The notes under the pieces are model-generated. The model saw only the letters and a list, made by a program, of their open reading frames with translations. It searched no databases and had not been told where the DNA came from. Position numbers and translations under genes: made by a program. DNA of 64,000 bases from Leucoraja ocellata. Its lineage: Eukaryota. Shown in pieces: positions 1 to 12,900 of this stretch (the first letter of the stretch is position 1; each line of letters begins with the position of its first letter). Location: NCBI GenBank assembly GCA_036785375.1, contig JAWMAR010001139.1, forward strand, positions 186,001-250,000. Reading direction: 5' to 3'.

Positions 1-738
1 TTTTGTGTACCTCCTATTTTTTTTTTAATGCGTTTCCTTAAATTTGTAAAAATCTTGATCTCTACATACTCGGCAACTGTCTTGGCACAACCCTCTTGGC
101 TAGGTTTACTGCAAAAGCTCCAGTGATGAAGGACTTCCATTACAAGAGATTATTCTTGGCGTAAAGCAGCTTGAAAAGGAACTAGATGTGTAGAACGACT
201 TTAAAAAGTTTAGATAAATAAATAAATGGAAAGATTGTTGTTGTTGCAACTGGAGTCAAGTTAAAATGTTTACTAAACAATCCAGTGTAATTTAGAGAAG
301 GCTTTTAAAATAAAATCTTGCAATACCTTAAGTTGGAGCAGACACAGATAATTTATGGCTTTCTAAAATAACATGGATAAATACTCAAAGGGAATGTTGT
401 GGGCTGTGGGGAAACAAGCAGGGATGTGGGACTAGCTGAATTGCTGTACAAATATGCAGGGGACTGTCTCGGCAAATTGGGATCTGCACTATAATATTGT
501 TGAATCAATGAAGATTGCCTGTTGATGTGGCCACTTACAATCTGTTTCCTATAAATGCACTCTTCCATGCAGACTAATTGCCACAGCATCCAACCACTTC
601 ACATTTCAAGCAACTATTACCTCCACCTATCTAATCAAAATGGTTGTTTTGTTCTGGTAAATTAGCAGGTAGAGTGAATATGGAGACATTTATATCAAAC
701 ATTAATACCAAATAAAAACATTAACTTTTCTGTTTCAG

Positions 739-840
739 CATTATGGGATTGCTGCCACCAAACATCAGTGCAGTGACTCGGGAGATATTTGCCCTATCTG
801 CCAGACAGAATTCAGAGAACCTATTCTCCTCGTTTGTCAG
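739..840 (+). CDS. RNFT1: RNFT1 penultimate coding exon (N-terminal half of RING finger)
   Basis: tttcag| acceptor, 102 nt = HYGIAATKHQCSDSGDICPICQTEFREPILLVCQ, |gtaaat donor. Resembles vertebrate RNFT1 (SYGVAASKRQCSD..ICSICQAEF.KPILLICQ). Confidence 0.92.
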
Positions 841-926
841 GTAAATATCTTGAATCAAGGAAAGTTTTTAAATTTGAAGGATGCATTACCTAGACTTTCT
901 CTGAACTCTTCTATTTTATCTGGCAG

Positions 927-1061
927 CACATATTCTGTGAGGAGTGTATCTCACTCTGGTTTAATCAGGAGAAGACTTGTCCTCTCTGCCGGACTGTGAT
1001 CTTGGATTATGTTCAAGCCTGGCGAGATGGAGCCACTTCCATCCACCTCCAGTTTTACTGA
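927..1061 (+). CDS. RNFT1: RNFT1 last coding exon (C-terminal half of C3HC4 RING, stop)
   Basis: tggcag| then HIFCEECISLWFNQEKTCPLCRTVILDYVQAWRDGATSIHLQFY-TGA. Lies tail-to-tail with RPS6KB1, which favours RNFT1 over RNFT2. Confidence 0.92.
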   Translation, partial: HIFCEECISLWFNQEKTCPLCRTVILDYVQAWRDGATSIHLQFY

Positions 1062-1161
1062 CCAGATGACTAGGTCCTGTTGTTGACCAATAGCAGCAGA
1101 CCAGTACTGAGTGCAACCAAAATTTATCAACTCTTTGGAAAGATATTTTCAAATTTTTCTT

Positions 1162-1246
1162 AATAAAAACAAATGATAAAGATAAATGCTTTATTTTTTA
1201 AGTGAATATTATTCAATGGTAATATTTTAATTGTTGACATAATAAA
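1162..1246 (+). promoter_or_regulatory. Candidate RNFT1 polyadenylation signals
   Basis: AATAAA at 1162-1167 and 1241-1246 in AT-rich sequence just after the stop; which one is used cannot be determined. Confidence 0.4.
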
Positions 1247-4200
1247 TGTATTGTTTAATATTACATTACCTGTTACCAATCTGGAAATATTTGCATTTTG
1301 GCCACAGATTTTCTGTAGCTGCTAAATCAGGCTGTGGGTTCAGATTTAAGTATTTATAAATGTTATAGTAAATTGTCGTTCACTATTTTCCATCTATCTC
1401 AAAGTCTTCTAATTTTTGTAATTGTTTATTGTGCCTGTAAATTACTGCTGCATTTTCTTTTGATTAATTCCAAATTAATTAAGACTCATTGAAAATTCAA
1501 GAGCACCAGATTAGTAAACTGATGGAATTAGCATTGGAACTTAATAAAGCTCTCTGGGATTTTTTTTTAAGCACAGTAATTATTTGGTGGTCTGGCATCC
1601 GTGCCTATTGCATAGGAATATAATTTGGTTTCAGCAAATATAGTACTGGCAGTGAGGTTTTTATTGTGGGAATGGGTGTTGGAAAGATCCAAGTCTAGTA
1701 ACTTGAAGCTGCCAAAGTTATATAATTTGATAATAAACCAGTTGGTATTTAAAAACCCTATTGTGGTTCAGCTCTTAAAAGTAAAAGTGGACAGATGCTA
1801 ACAATTCAATGTAATGGAGTTTGCATATCAGTGCGGCTGTAGTATATGGAAGCTGAATGGGTTTCATAAAATCTTCAATGGAACACAGTGGAAGCCCATT
1901 GTAGCTGTGTTAAGATGTGCTGCCCTCACATTGAGAAGTTGGACATCCCTAACATGGTAGATGCAATATCAATCCCCTTCTCTTCCCAAAAAGAACCATT
2001 CTACCTGCCTGTGACAGCGATCATTTTATTTAGATAGGATTAGGATGAGGGAGTAAAACAGTAAAGTCAAGATAAGACAAGTTAATTGTGGGACAAAACT
2101 TAGCCTCAAATTCCTTTTAAGACAGTTGAATTACATTTATTAATGGGAAGAAAAGGTCGAGGACCTATTTTCAGGATACATTCAAAGCAAATTAACTCCA
2201 GATGGCTTAATTGATGGTGTGATGAGATGAAAGGTAATGGGCAAGACAACCAAGGTGGTCTCCAATAATTTCCCACATGCCTGCCTATTTACGAGAAGAT
2301 CAAAGATGGGCCTTCTCTACAAGTTACTTAATGTTCCCTCCATTCTTTCCCCCTTTAATGCAGAGAATACCAAATATCACTTACCCCATATCAGCTGTAG
2401 TGATCAACATTTGTGGCTGAGACTATTTTGCTTCAAACCAACGCAGGAAAAACTGACAATCTCTGCCTTTCGGTTCCTTCGTGCCTTGAGGTCAACCAGC
2501 ACATGTAGTCCAACTATTCTGTGCTGCCTGCTTGGCATAATGTGTTCAAATGGGCAATTAACAGTATCATTAGTTTGGAAACCAACTTCATTGTTTCATA
2601 CAAGAGGACTGGATGCGGCACCTGTCTAATCCTGGGACTCAGGGAATCACTATTCCAGTACTGGGAAAGGTGTTAAAATAAATCCCACAGTAATAGTTTT
2701 GCAGAACTAGACTGCCTTATCATTGAGATAAAACGTAGAAATTACTGATTGCTTCACACATTTTGCTTTCAACAATTTTATATGTAAATAAAGTAGCCCC
2801 CATTTGCTTGCACCTCCCCCATCCCTACTCTCTCCCCTCCCCCAACTCCAAAGAATGCCAGAGGGTGTTCACCCATCAGTTTTGCCCCATCACTACTTAT
2901 TGATACATGCAGGGAGAGAATGCTCCTACATTAGCAGCTGCTGGATTATTTTTCTAAAATTGAAAATGAGGAATATTTTTTTAAGATCTTTTGTATGGGA
3001 CTTCTACAGTGTCCATTTGCAGATCCCTGAAAGTGGTGGGAAAACAATTACAAGCCTGAACATTTTAGATTTTTTAATGAGTCTTCTTCCTACCTGGGTG
3101 TATGCTTATGACAGTATCTGAACTGAGATAGAATCTTTAGGTATACACAATCAAATAGGTACTTTAATCTGATCAGATGGAGCAAAGGGGACCGTGAACA
3201 TGTTCTGTGAGTGCTAAATCTCAATCATACAGTACAAGTGTAGCCTCTGCACCAAAAAGCAGAATGCAATCTAGACTAGTTGCTCACTTAGGGGAAGATG
3301 GGATTCAATTTCAGTAAAATTAAATCAAAGCATTAGCCCAAAATGTGTATTTTTAATAACGTTAGCCAAGTAGACATTCTGGACATGCAGATGTTCCTTT
3401 GTTCTGCATTGACAGTATTGTTTGTGACTTTTCTTTGCTTGGGAATATTCATGGTGTAAGAAAAATATTTTCCTATAATTATCTGGATTAATTATAAATA
3501 AAGTGATTTATCCCACGCCGATTTGCTTCTTACTTCAAGTAGTCTTTACTAAGATTGGTTAAAAGATAAAATGTCTATTTGATATTTTTCATTTTATGTT
3601 AAAAATTGTATAACACAAATAGAAACTGCCTGCCTAAATATAGACTCAATGAAGTTCTATCCTGGATATTGATCTACAAAGCACTTTAATCATTTATTGA
3701 CCGACTGAAATGTCATTTATTTGGAGAAACTTTTGAGCAAAATGGAACAAATCCATAATACAGTACCAGGTCAAATTACACTACCAAATTATAGTTTATG
3801 CTTTTCCAATCAGATGCATTAATTTCAAATATTTAGGAAAAAAAGATTTAAAGTTATATAGCAGAAAATCTGCTCTTAAAATCATCAATTGTACCAATCT
3901 TTACCTTAAGCAAATATACTGTTTTGAGATAGAAAATCCCCAGACTTTTTGGTGGAATTCATGCCGGCTTGTCTTCACATTCTTCAGAGCTGGAAGATTA
4001 AATGTTGTTATACTATGGCTAGATAAGTACATTTTGAATCTACTTGGCTTGTCACATCTTTTCTGTAGCATTCAAGGTCACGGCTTACCGCAAACACCAA
4101 TGTTTTAAATAAACATGAGTCTTATCTTGTATAACATTCATTCCCTAGTTCCACATGCCATGAAGTTTTAGTCAAATGATTTCTATTTTTGTTATATTCC

Positions 4201-4489
4201 ATAGAACAAAAATTTCTGCCATTAAGAATTTAACCATATTAATTTGCAAATTAGCATACCAGGAGTGTTTTGATAAATGGAACAAAGCTCTCTATTATTA
4301 TGCTTTACAATGGACCTACAATTCTAGAATGAATAAATAGGTTTAGTTCCAACAAACCCAAATGTTCCTCAAATGATATCATTTCAGAAGCAGCATTTTA
4401 GAAACAGTAATTGAAGCAAAATATCTGCAGTCACTGGAAATCTAAAAAGATAACCCAGAAAATGTCAGAAACACAGATACATCAGTGTT

Positions 4490-4830
4490 TGGATAGAGCA
4501 ATAGACAATGTTTCTGGTCAAAGACCTTGCATCAGAAGCAAAAGGAGGAACTCAGCATGCCAGGTAGCATCTGTGGAGGGAAATAACAGTTGACACCTCA
4601 GATCAGGATCCTTCATCAGATAGTTTTAAATTGCAGGGTGTGGGGGTTTGATGGTTTAGAGTGGAGACCAGTTAACAATAGCTTTTGGTGTTCACCGTTT
4701 GAGATGAGAAAGTTGGAACATTGAGATTCAGAACAGAACAATTGTAGGAAATCTAAAAAAGTAAATGCTGGAAATAATCTATTAGTCTAATAGGCAATAT
4801 CTGTGGTGCGCAAAAAACAAAGTTATAGTT
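4490..4830 (-). repeat. Old, degenerate Penelope-like terminal repeat fragments
   Basis: Decayed versions of the 'gctggagaaactcagc..cagcatct..gacgtttc..cttcatcaga' motif that is intact elsewhere in the window. Confidence 0.45.
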
Positions 4831-5439
4831 CTAGAATAGATGGATGACCTTATGGGCTTTGGCAGTTCTGATCTCAATTCCCCTTCCCACACTGACCTCT
4901 CTGTTTAGCACTTTGCTAGACTCATGCGGTGAAGTTACTGGGTTGAAACTGTACTATAGCTATTCATGGAAGTCGGAAATAAAAGACACAGTGAAATACC
5001 AAGGCCATTTTTCTTTGGAAACTTTTATTTTTCCGAACTGGTCAATGTATTTGAGGATTCTCTCTCCTTACACGCGCTTTTAACCTTTCCAGATAATTTA
5101 ATGTACAGAAGCTTATACAATGTCTTCTGGAAATTTATGTGGGTGATTTTTGCTGCCCTTCTCTCCATGTTATTTTCAGCCTCATTATCAGTCAGTTGAA
5201 CTTCTCATCACAAATTAATGCCAACTCAGTTTAAGCGCCCAGTCACACTGCCATCACAAAAGCTTCCAGTAACTATCCCCACAACTGATATTACACAAAC
5301 CTATTGGTTGAGTCATAAAACTGCAACATTTTCTAGGAAGCCAACAAATTGACCACATGACACCATAAAGGTCTCCAACCCCGATGTTGAATTTGGATAT
5401 TAGGATAATTTCCCTAATATTGCAAAGAATGAGGACATA

Positions 5440-6846
5440 CAATGCCCTCCATAATGTTTGGGACAAAGACCCATCATTTATTTATTTGCCTCTGTACCCT
5501 CACAATTTGAGATTTGTAATACAAAAAATTACATGTGGTTAAAGGCCATTTTAATAAATTTTGGTTTCACCGTGTAGAAATTACGGTAGTGTTTATACAT
5601 AATCCCACCCCCCATTTCAGGGCACCATAATTAGGGCACAGCAATATCATGTACATGAAAGTAGTCATGTTTAGTATTTTGTAGCATATCCTTTGCATGC
5701 AATGACTGCTTGAAGTCTGCGATTCATGGACATCACCAGTTGCTGGGTGTCTTCTCTGGTGATGCTCTGCCAGGTCAATGAGCTTTGAGGCATTTGTTTG
5801 AATTTGAGCAGATAGGATGTGTCTATACACTTAAGAATTCATTATGCTACCATCAGCAGTTGTATCATCAATGAAGATAGTGTGCCAGTACCTTCAGCAG
5901 CCATACATGCCCAGGCCACAACACCCCCACCATCGTGTTTCACAGATAAGGTGGTACGCTTTGGATCTTGGGCAGTTCCTTCTCTCCTCCATACTGTGCT
6001 CTTGCCATCACTCTGATATAAGGTAATCTTCGTCTCATCTGTCCACAAGACCTTTTTCCAGAACTGTAGTTGCTCTTTTAAGTACTTTGTGCCAAACTGT
6101 AACCTGGCCATCCTATTTTTCCGGCTAACCAGTGGTTTGCATCATGCAGTGTAGCCTCTGTATTTCTGTTCATGAAGTCTTCTGTGGACAGTGGCCATTG
6201 ACAAATCCAAATCTGACCCCTGAAGAGTGTTTCTGATCTATCAGACAGGTGTTTGGGGATTTTTCTTTATTATAGAGAATTCTTCTGTCATCAGCTGTGG
6301 AGGTCTTCCCTGGCCTGTCAGTCCCTTTGCGATTACTAAGCTTACCAGTGCTCTCTTTCTTCTTAATGATGTCCCAGTTGATTTTGGTAAGCCTAAGGTA
6401 TGGCTAATGTCTCTAACAGTTTTATTCTTGTTTCTCAGTGTCATAATGGCTTATTTGACTTTCATTGGCACAACTTGTCCTTACGTTGATAAGCAGCAAT
6501 AAACGTTTCCAAAGGTGATGGAAAGACTGGAAGAAAGACTAGGTGCTGAGAGCTCTCTTATACCTGCGTTAAAGAGGCATTCAAACACACCTGAGCAATT
6601 ACAAAAACCTATGAAGCCTTGTGCCCCAAACATTATGGTGCCCTGAAATCGGGAGTACTATGTATAAACATTGCTGTAATTTCTACATGGTGAAACCAAA
6701 ATGTATAAAAATGGCCTTTATTAAAATCTGACAATGTGTACTTTAACCACGTGTGATTTTTTTTCTATTACAAATCTCAAATTGTGGAGTACAGAGGCAA
6801 ATAAATAAATGACGGGTCTTTGTCCCAAACATTATGGAGGGCACTG
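5440..6846 (-). mobile_element. Tc1/mariner DNA transposon, IR/DR type, internally deleted and frameshifted
   Basis: TA on both sides (5438-5439, 6847-6848). TIRs of about 200-225 bp start CA(A/G)TGCCCTCCATAATGTTTGGGACAAAGACCC. Transposase remnants on -: HTH (VRDISHTLGLPKST), WKKVLWTDETK, VKHDGGGVVAWACMAA and a C-terminal LVMSMNRRLQAVIACKGYATKY. The second-D/E catalytic segment is missing. Confidence 0.95.
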
Positions 6847-9764
6847 TATCTCAGTTACACTCATCCAATGGCTACTAAACTAAAACTGCCCACCTGTAGC
6901 CCTAAACCAACTCAACCCCCCCATAACTCAAGTTTGAAGTCAAACAAAATTAAGCCATTAATAAAAGTCCAATTTATCACCAGCTTACTGACGGTCACCT
7001 CCAGAAAAATCTGATTTCTATTAAAAGGTCTGAGGCAAATTTTAACCATGCACAAAATAAAATCACGTTTTAACTATCAGCAGTAGTGTCAAGTTGGCAC
7101 TGTCATTTACCGCGTTTAGACCACATGGTCACATTCACGTCAACATGTTGCGCCAATTCATTAAATATGTTATCGTCAGGGATTTTATTTCACCAAACAG
7201 CAATAGGAATCTTGCCAGTTTGGAAAATGGAATTGTAAGATCAGGTGCAACGTCTATTTATTTTTTTTGGGGGGGGGGGGAAACATCTCTTTATTCTAAC
7301 TGTTCAAAGTATTTGAGCAAGATTATCTTGCCGTTCATGTGCTTTTAACACAATAAAATGTTTAATTCTGGCCTCGCTAACATGCAGCATACAAAGGATT
7401 TTCTTTCACATTACCCTCTGCAGTGCTGTCTTTTCTCCATGTTGTTTCCAGGTCATTGATCATAACTGCAAACACCTCCCAGATCTCTGCCGTAACATGC
7501 CCACAACAAGCAGTTGAGTGGATTGCTGGTTAGACCCATGGTTTGTTTCCGTCACGTTAAAGTCTAATAACCCTTCCACACAATTGCCATCTTGCAAGAT
7601 AACCAAGGCATTGCCTGCAGCCTCCCCTCAATGACACAGATGAAGCCGGCAACAAGGAGGCATCGCCTCTACTTGTTCATTCAGCCCCGTGTTCATCGAT
7701 TCACTTGCTTTGCATTCACAGAACAAGCTCCCTTTACATCTCTCACCACCTGTAGCTTTAAACAAAAATTAAAACCAGACATGCAAGATGAATTTAACAT
7801 TTTTAAATAATAATTAAAAACATTACACATGCAGTGTGGGAATGACTTGGGGGTAAGACAAGAATATACTTCAAATCAGTTTACTCAAGTTGCCTTAAGC
7901 AATACTTGTAATTTTGCAATATTCCTAATGTATTCATCAGTATGGCTTAACTCTACAGTAAATGGGACATAAACACAAACTGTAACTACAAGTGGTGCAA
8001 ATATGAAAGTAATTGTACTACTGGTGATATAACTGTCATATCACCAATTACCATAATTGCACGCTTTTTTCATATGAATTCCAAGCAGACAACAGTGTTC
8101 ATTCAAATTTGCCTTTTAATGGGATTTTACAGCTCTTCATTCATTGACCAATTTGATTTCAATAATAAAGCTGAATAAGTACAAGATAATTAGCAAGGAG
8201 AAAAAAATGCAGCTTCACACCATTTTTACTCAGGCAACAGTGTAGTTCTCTCAAAATAATGAGGCAAGATTCTCCAGCAGTAAAAGCACCATGCCAAAAT
8301 ACTGATCTCAGAACCAAAGGTCACCCAAGAACAGGTAAAATGTTCACACATCTTTCAAGTGATAAAGTGAGATATTTGTGCTATTTTCCTCTTGTTGGAA
8401 TGAAGGGCTGGGGCAAAAGGAGTCTTGTTACTCTTTGTTCTACACAGCCAATTGTAACTAACAGGATTGTCCATGCAAATAAAGATGGATCTAATCAGAT
8501 GCATAATGGATGCTTGAAACTCCGACTGAACATGATAGAAAGTTTCAAACTGTCTCCTCAGCAAGCACCATTCATTAGAGTAGCAGAGAATATTCCAAGT
8601 TATACATAATGCATAAGGTCTAGCAGTAGTGATCACTGCACCAATTTTCTCTTAGTTCAATTCCTTTAATTGTGGCACCAGAATTTACATCAAGGTCCGA
8701 GTTAGCACAGGTCGTACTTTAAACAGAATCCAATTCCCTGGTGTTCGAGATGCACTAAAATAAATTCAGGAAAAGTCCTCCCAACAGCTGGTGAAAGATC
8801 TGACTGTGTCTAGAATTCTTTCACATTACCAGGGATATTTACTGTTGGGTGCTATAATTTTCACTGATATCATTAAAATGATTAATATTTGACATATGCA
8901 TCCGCCTGCTGGATAACTTTACAGATAGTCATAAAACAAAGAACCTCTTTTGGTATTTGGGGTCCATAGATGAGGGGGTTCGGAAGGGGGCTGGCTGGAG
9001 AAAGAAAATATAATGACTCGTTAACTGGCTTCAATAAATTGAGAGCTGGCCATCGCAATGTAATATATTCAGAAAGTACTACCACATTCAACCAGCCTCT
9101 ATTCATCAATAACCATCCACACCAATGGGAAAATGTCCTGATATGTGTATTTGTTGCCCAAATTGCACCAATTTCTAACATGCCAAACGCAAATAACGAT
9201 AACCAAATTAATAGCATAAGCAGGAACAGCACATTGGTATTGGCATCCACGAGCAACACGGCTTTCCAAACCAAATCTTCCCTCTGTTGGGACAAAACCA
9301 GCCAATGCCAATTTAAATTGATGCAAAGTTCCAAATGATGGGCAAAACCTGTTTGACAATTGTATCTGTTACAATCTTGCCACACCAAGCTGAAAACTTA
9401 GATGACTACAGTCCTATTATTAAAAATTACAAAAATATTTTTCCAAACTTGCTGCTAATGTTAAAGCTAAGAATTAGTGTCCACTCTGGTGATTCAATAT
9501 TCAACCATCTTTAAGTCTACATTCTGCTTTTGGGACTTGATTCAGACAGCTTCATAATTGTGTGCTTCACAATGTCTATAATGGTAAGGATTAAAAAAGG
9601 GTCATCTCAGGGAATGATGAATTCAACTGTGAACAGTGAAGAGTGAGGTCTGTGATAATGTTAGGGATTCCCTGATGTTTGCATGTACACACACACGACT
9701 TCCACGTTCATCCCATAGACCAGTAATGCTAATTTGCAGAGACAATGAATTGCAGCTACTGGCA

Positions 9765-9915
9765 TCTTCTGTAGAACCCAAAGTCCTGGAGTAATTCAAT
9801 GGGTCAGACAGCATCTTTGAAGGACATGGATAGGTGATGTTTCAGGTGGAGAAATTACCCATCCATGACCCCCAGAGATGCTGCTTGACCCACTGAGTTC
9901 CTCCAGCACTTTGAG
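9765..9915. repeat. Degenerate Penelope-like terminal repeats in inverted arrangement
   Basis: 'ctggagtaattcaatgggtcagacagcatct' and its reverse complement 'agatgctgcttgacccactgagttcctccag' flank a short spacer. Confidence 0.6.
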
Positions 9916-12900
9916 TAACGCCAACTGCCATCCACTTCAGTACAAAATGGCAGTAATCCAGTGCAAACGTTTTCTTAGTTCGAAGGGGGGGGAAAGCACA
10001 TTGCAAAACAAACACTGCACAGAAAGTCAGCTTTCCCTTTGGTTGACACGGAACAGAAAAACAAGTAAAACAAAGTAACTTAACGCTTCTCAGAAAGCCG
10101 GTCCATTTTAAAAGATGGCCAATCTGCTAGTTTCCTTGTGTATTTTTCAAAACTTCATGTTCCCAGCATTTGCAGCTTTTCTTTCACGGGGATTAGCATT
10201 TTAGTATAAAAGAATATATTGTGGTTTAAGCCAGCAATTTAGAAGCAGATGCGGAAGTGTATGCTGCTTAGACAAGACACCCATCATACATTTATTTAGA
10301 AGATGACGATGAGTAACTTGAATATTATTAAGAGTGCCTCGTTCAGCTGTCTAGTGGCTCATTGGTTTAAAGTAGACTGTGGCCTGGTGCTGAGTATGCA
10401 GAAGGGTGGGGTTGCAGTGGAAGTGAAAGAGTGGCAGGGGTGCGCAAGTGTCAGATGTGCATCTCTGCACATGTATTGATTTAGTTTAACCCGATTTTGT
10501 CAAAAGGAGAAAGCGCAGAGCACAGATGAAGAGGTGTAACCCTCAGTTTGATGTATCAATAAACATATGTTCAACCATGATGCGCACCACAGTAAAACAG
10601 CAGGCCAACACTCATTTTCTAAGTTCTTGCCTGATGAAAGAGTGACTGAGTTGCTAATGCAAAGCCCTGCAAACATGTGAGAAAAGGGCATAGGCAGGAA
10701 TGGATCAATCTTGCACCATTAGTATGCATCATACAATCAGCAATTTATGGATGAATGGTTTTAAGGGCTTAGCTCGGTCATCTTTAATTTGATGAGAAGT
10801 CCAGGGTCCACCGTTCCATCTTTTACCCGACTGCAGGTTTGAGATAACTAATTCACTGTATGGGCAAATCTCAAGCACAGACCAACTTTTCTAAAGTTCA
10901 GTACCTTCTATCAAGAATTAGATTAATCAATGTCTTGATTTTGTAATCATGCTTGTAGTTATACCTAGCAATTAATAATGTGAAATCCAAACTAACCCAG
11001 AGTCCAGTTATCTGCGGAAACTGAGTGGTTGCTGGTTTGGTTTGGGTTGCCAATGGCAATAAAACTGCTGTTGAGGCAAGCCTTGCATGAACTGATGACC
11101 AACTCAACCCCAGCAAAAGTACAGGCTCCACTTGTTTTCCTAGAGAAAGCAAGCAACAATCTAAAAGTGAGCGTGTTTGAAGATCAAACAAATGATAATT
11201 TAAGCAAATAGTACTGGAGGTGAAATATACGTGCACGTGTCCTTGTGATCTGCATGTTGCAACAAGCAATAATTTCTTTCTGGAAGTAAAAAAAAAACAC
11301 CATTTCCTAAACTTCATATACCTCTAAAGAGATGAACTATTTGGTTAAGTGACATTACACTGCTGCGTTGGTACAAGGCAGTTTTTAAAATAACATGAAT
11401 ACCTCCAGACGAGGTCTTACCCAATGTTGGAGTGAGATTACCCCCTCTTCCAGCCCTGATTTAAGATTCAAACACTAACCTTTAGCAGAGAAAACTGAGA
11501 CGATGATAAAGCAGTAGCGTGAAGGAAGCAGTGAACTATTGTGGGTGAGACCTTTCCGTGGGGGATGATACCAAAACAGTCTCTACAGTCTCTGTGAGAT
11601 CTAGCCCGCACCAAACTGGCTCAACACTCAAATGCAAAACCAAATCATGACAGCTGAGAACGATGAGACAAATCCACATATTTCCATCTCTTTACCAGAT
11701 TCACAAGCTCAAATATACATTAATGGCAGTTTCAACAGCTACATTTACAAACAAAAATAAATTTAATAGTCCAAAAAGACTACACATTCATGAAAGTTGA
11801 AAAGCTTTGATAAACAAACTGATATTTCTCCTCTTCCCCCACAAATACATACGACCTACAGAATTACAAAGTAACTAATAAATCTACAACAGAAAGGCTT
11901 GAGGGGAGAGGGGAAAAGGAAGCACTTTATAAAATGTTTCTATTCTATTAGTCAAATCAACCAGCCACTTTGGCTGCAAGGAAGATTCAAATAGATCATA
12001 CAAAAATAAGGATTGACAAGAAACTTTCATAAATCTGTTAAAATACAATGCCTAATTTGCAAAGATTATTAAACAATTAGGCAAATCCATTTTGTTTTAT
12101 TTACAAAAAATAGAATGGGGGGGGGGAGGATTTGCATAGTTTGATCTATCACCTTCCCAAAGAGCCTACCATGACTACAGCTACCACTGAAATGTCTACC
12201 ACCCTCATTTTCATTGAAATTCATCCCTTCCCCAATATAGGATGGCCCGAGTCAGAAACACCATCACTGTTGGATGGAGGAGGCAATGTGGTCTTGTGGA
12301 GGAGAGAGGAAAGAGTGGAAACTTGACAACGCCAAGACCTCTTTCCCAACCTCAATTGGTGAACGTTTTACTCACACAAAATTCGAAACTTTCCATGTAA
12401 GAGCAGCTCTCATTAACCCAGTGTTCCCAAGAGGATAGTTTATCTTCAACTAAGTGGCCATTGTCGCTGTGTCATCCCAGGAGGGGAGCGGATACTGATG
12501 CAAATTAATTACAAAATAAGGGAAAACAGTGCATGAAATCAAGAAAATTCCTTGTTTAAAACAACATTGTAGTCTGCAGGCCTTCAAAATCTAACCTTTA
12601 CAATAAATCTATATATGTAACATTCTTCACTTTCCTCTTCCTCTTTCCAATATTTTCCCCTTATTTAAGTTAGGTGCGCCAAATTATAGAGAACATATAG
12701 AGAAAGAAAAAATAGATGGAAATGTCATGAACAAAAAGGCTTAAAACCTCTGAAGAGAGCTGAATTAACTGCCAGACTTTAAGCCTTTTTGAATTTTAGA
12801 ATATAATTTGTGATTGTTTTCCTGGATGTTAAAGAGCTTAAGAATTTTATATTGAAAGTTCAGTACAATTCTTTGGAGATGCTGGATGTTTTATTTAAGA

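Noticed and set aside
1-738. Further upstream RNFT1 exon
   Set aside because: I could not find an AG-GT bounded frame resembling RNFT1; the previous exon probably lies before the window.
2237-3121. 130-aa and 105-aa + strand ORFs downstream of RNFT1
   Set aside because: No recognisable protein features or splice structure; likely UTR or intergenic chance ORFs.
10100-10260. Promoter-like cluster (YY1, CCAAT, TATAAAA, CGGAAGT)
   Set aside because: Short motifs without a CpG island or a downstream exon; expected by chance in 64 kb.
11229-11240. ACGTGCACGTGT double HRE/E-box palindrome
   Set aside because: An isolated 10-12 bp motif with no supporting context.
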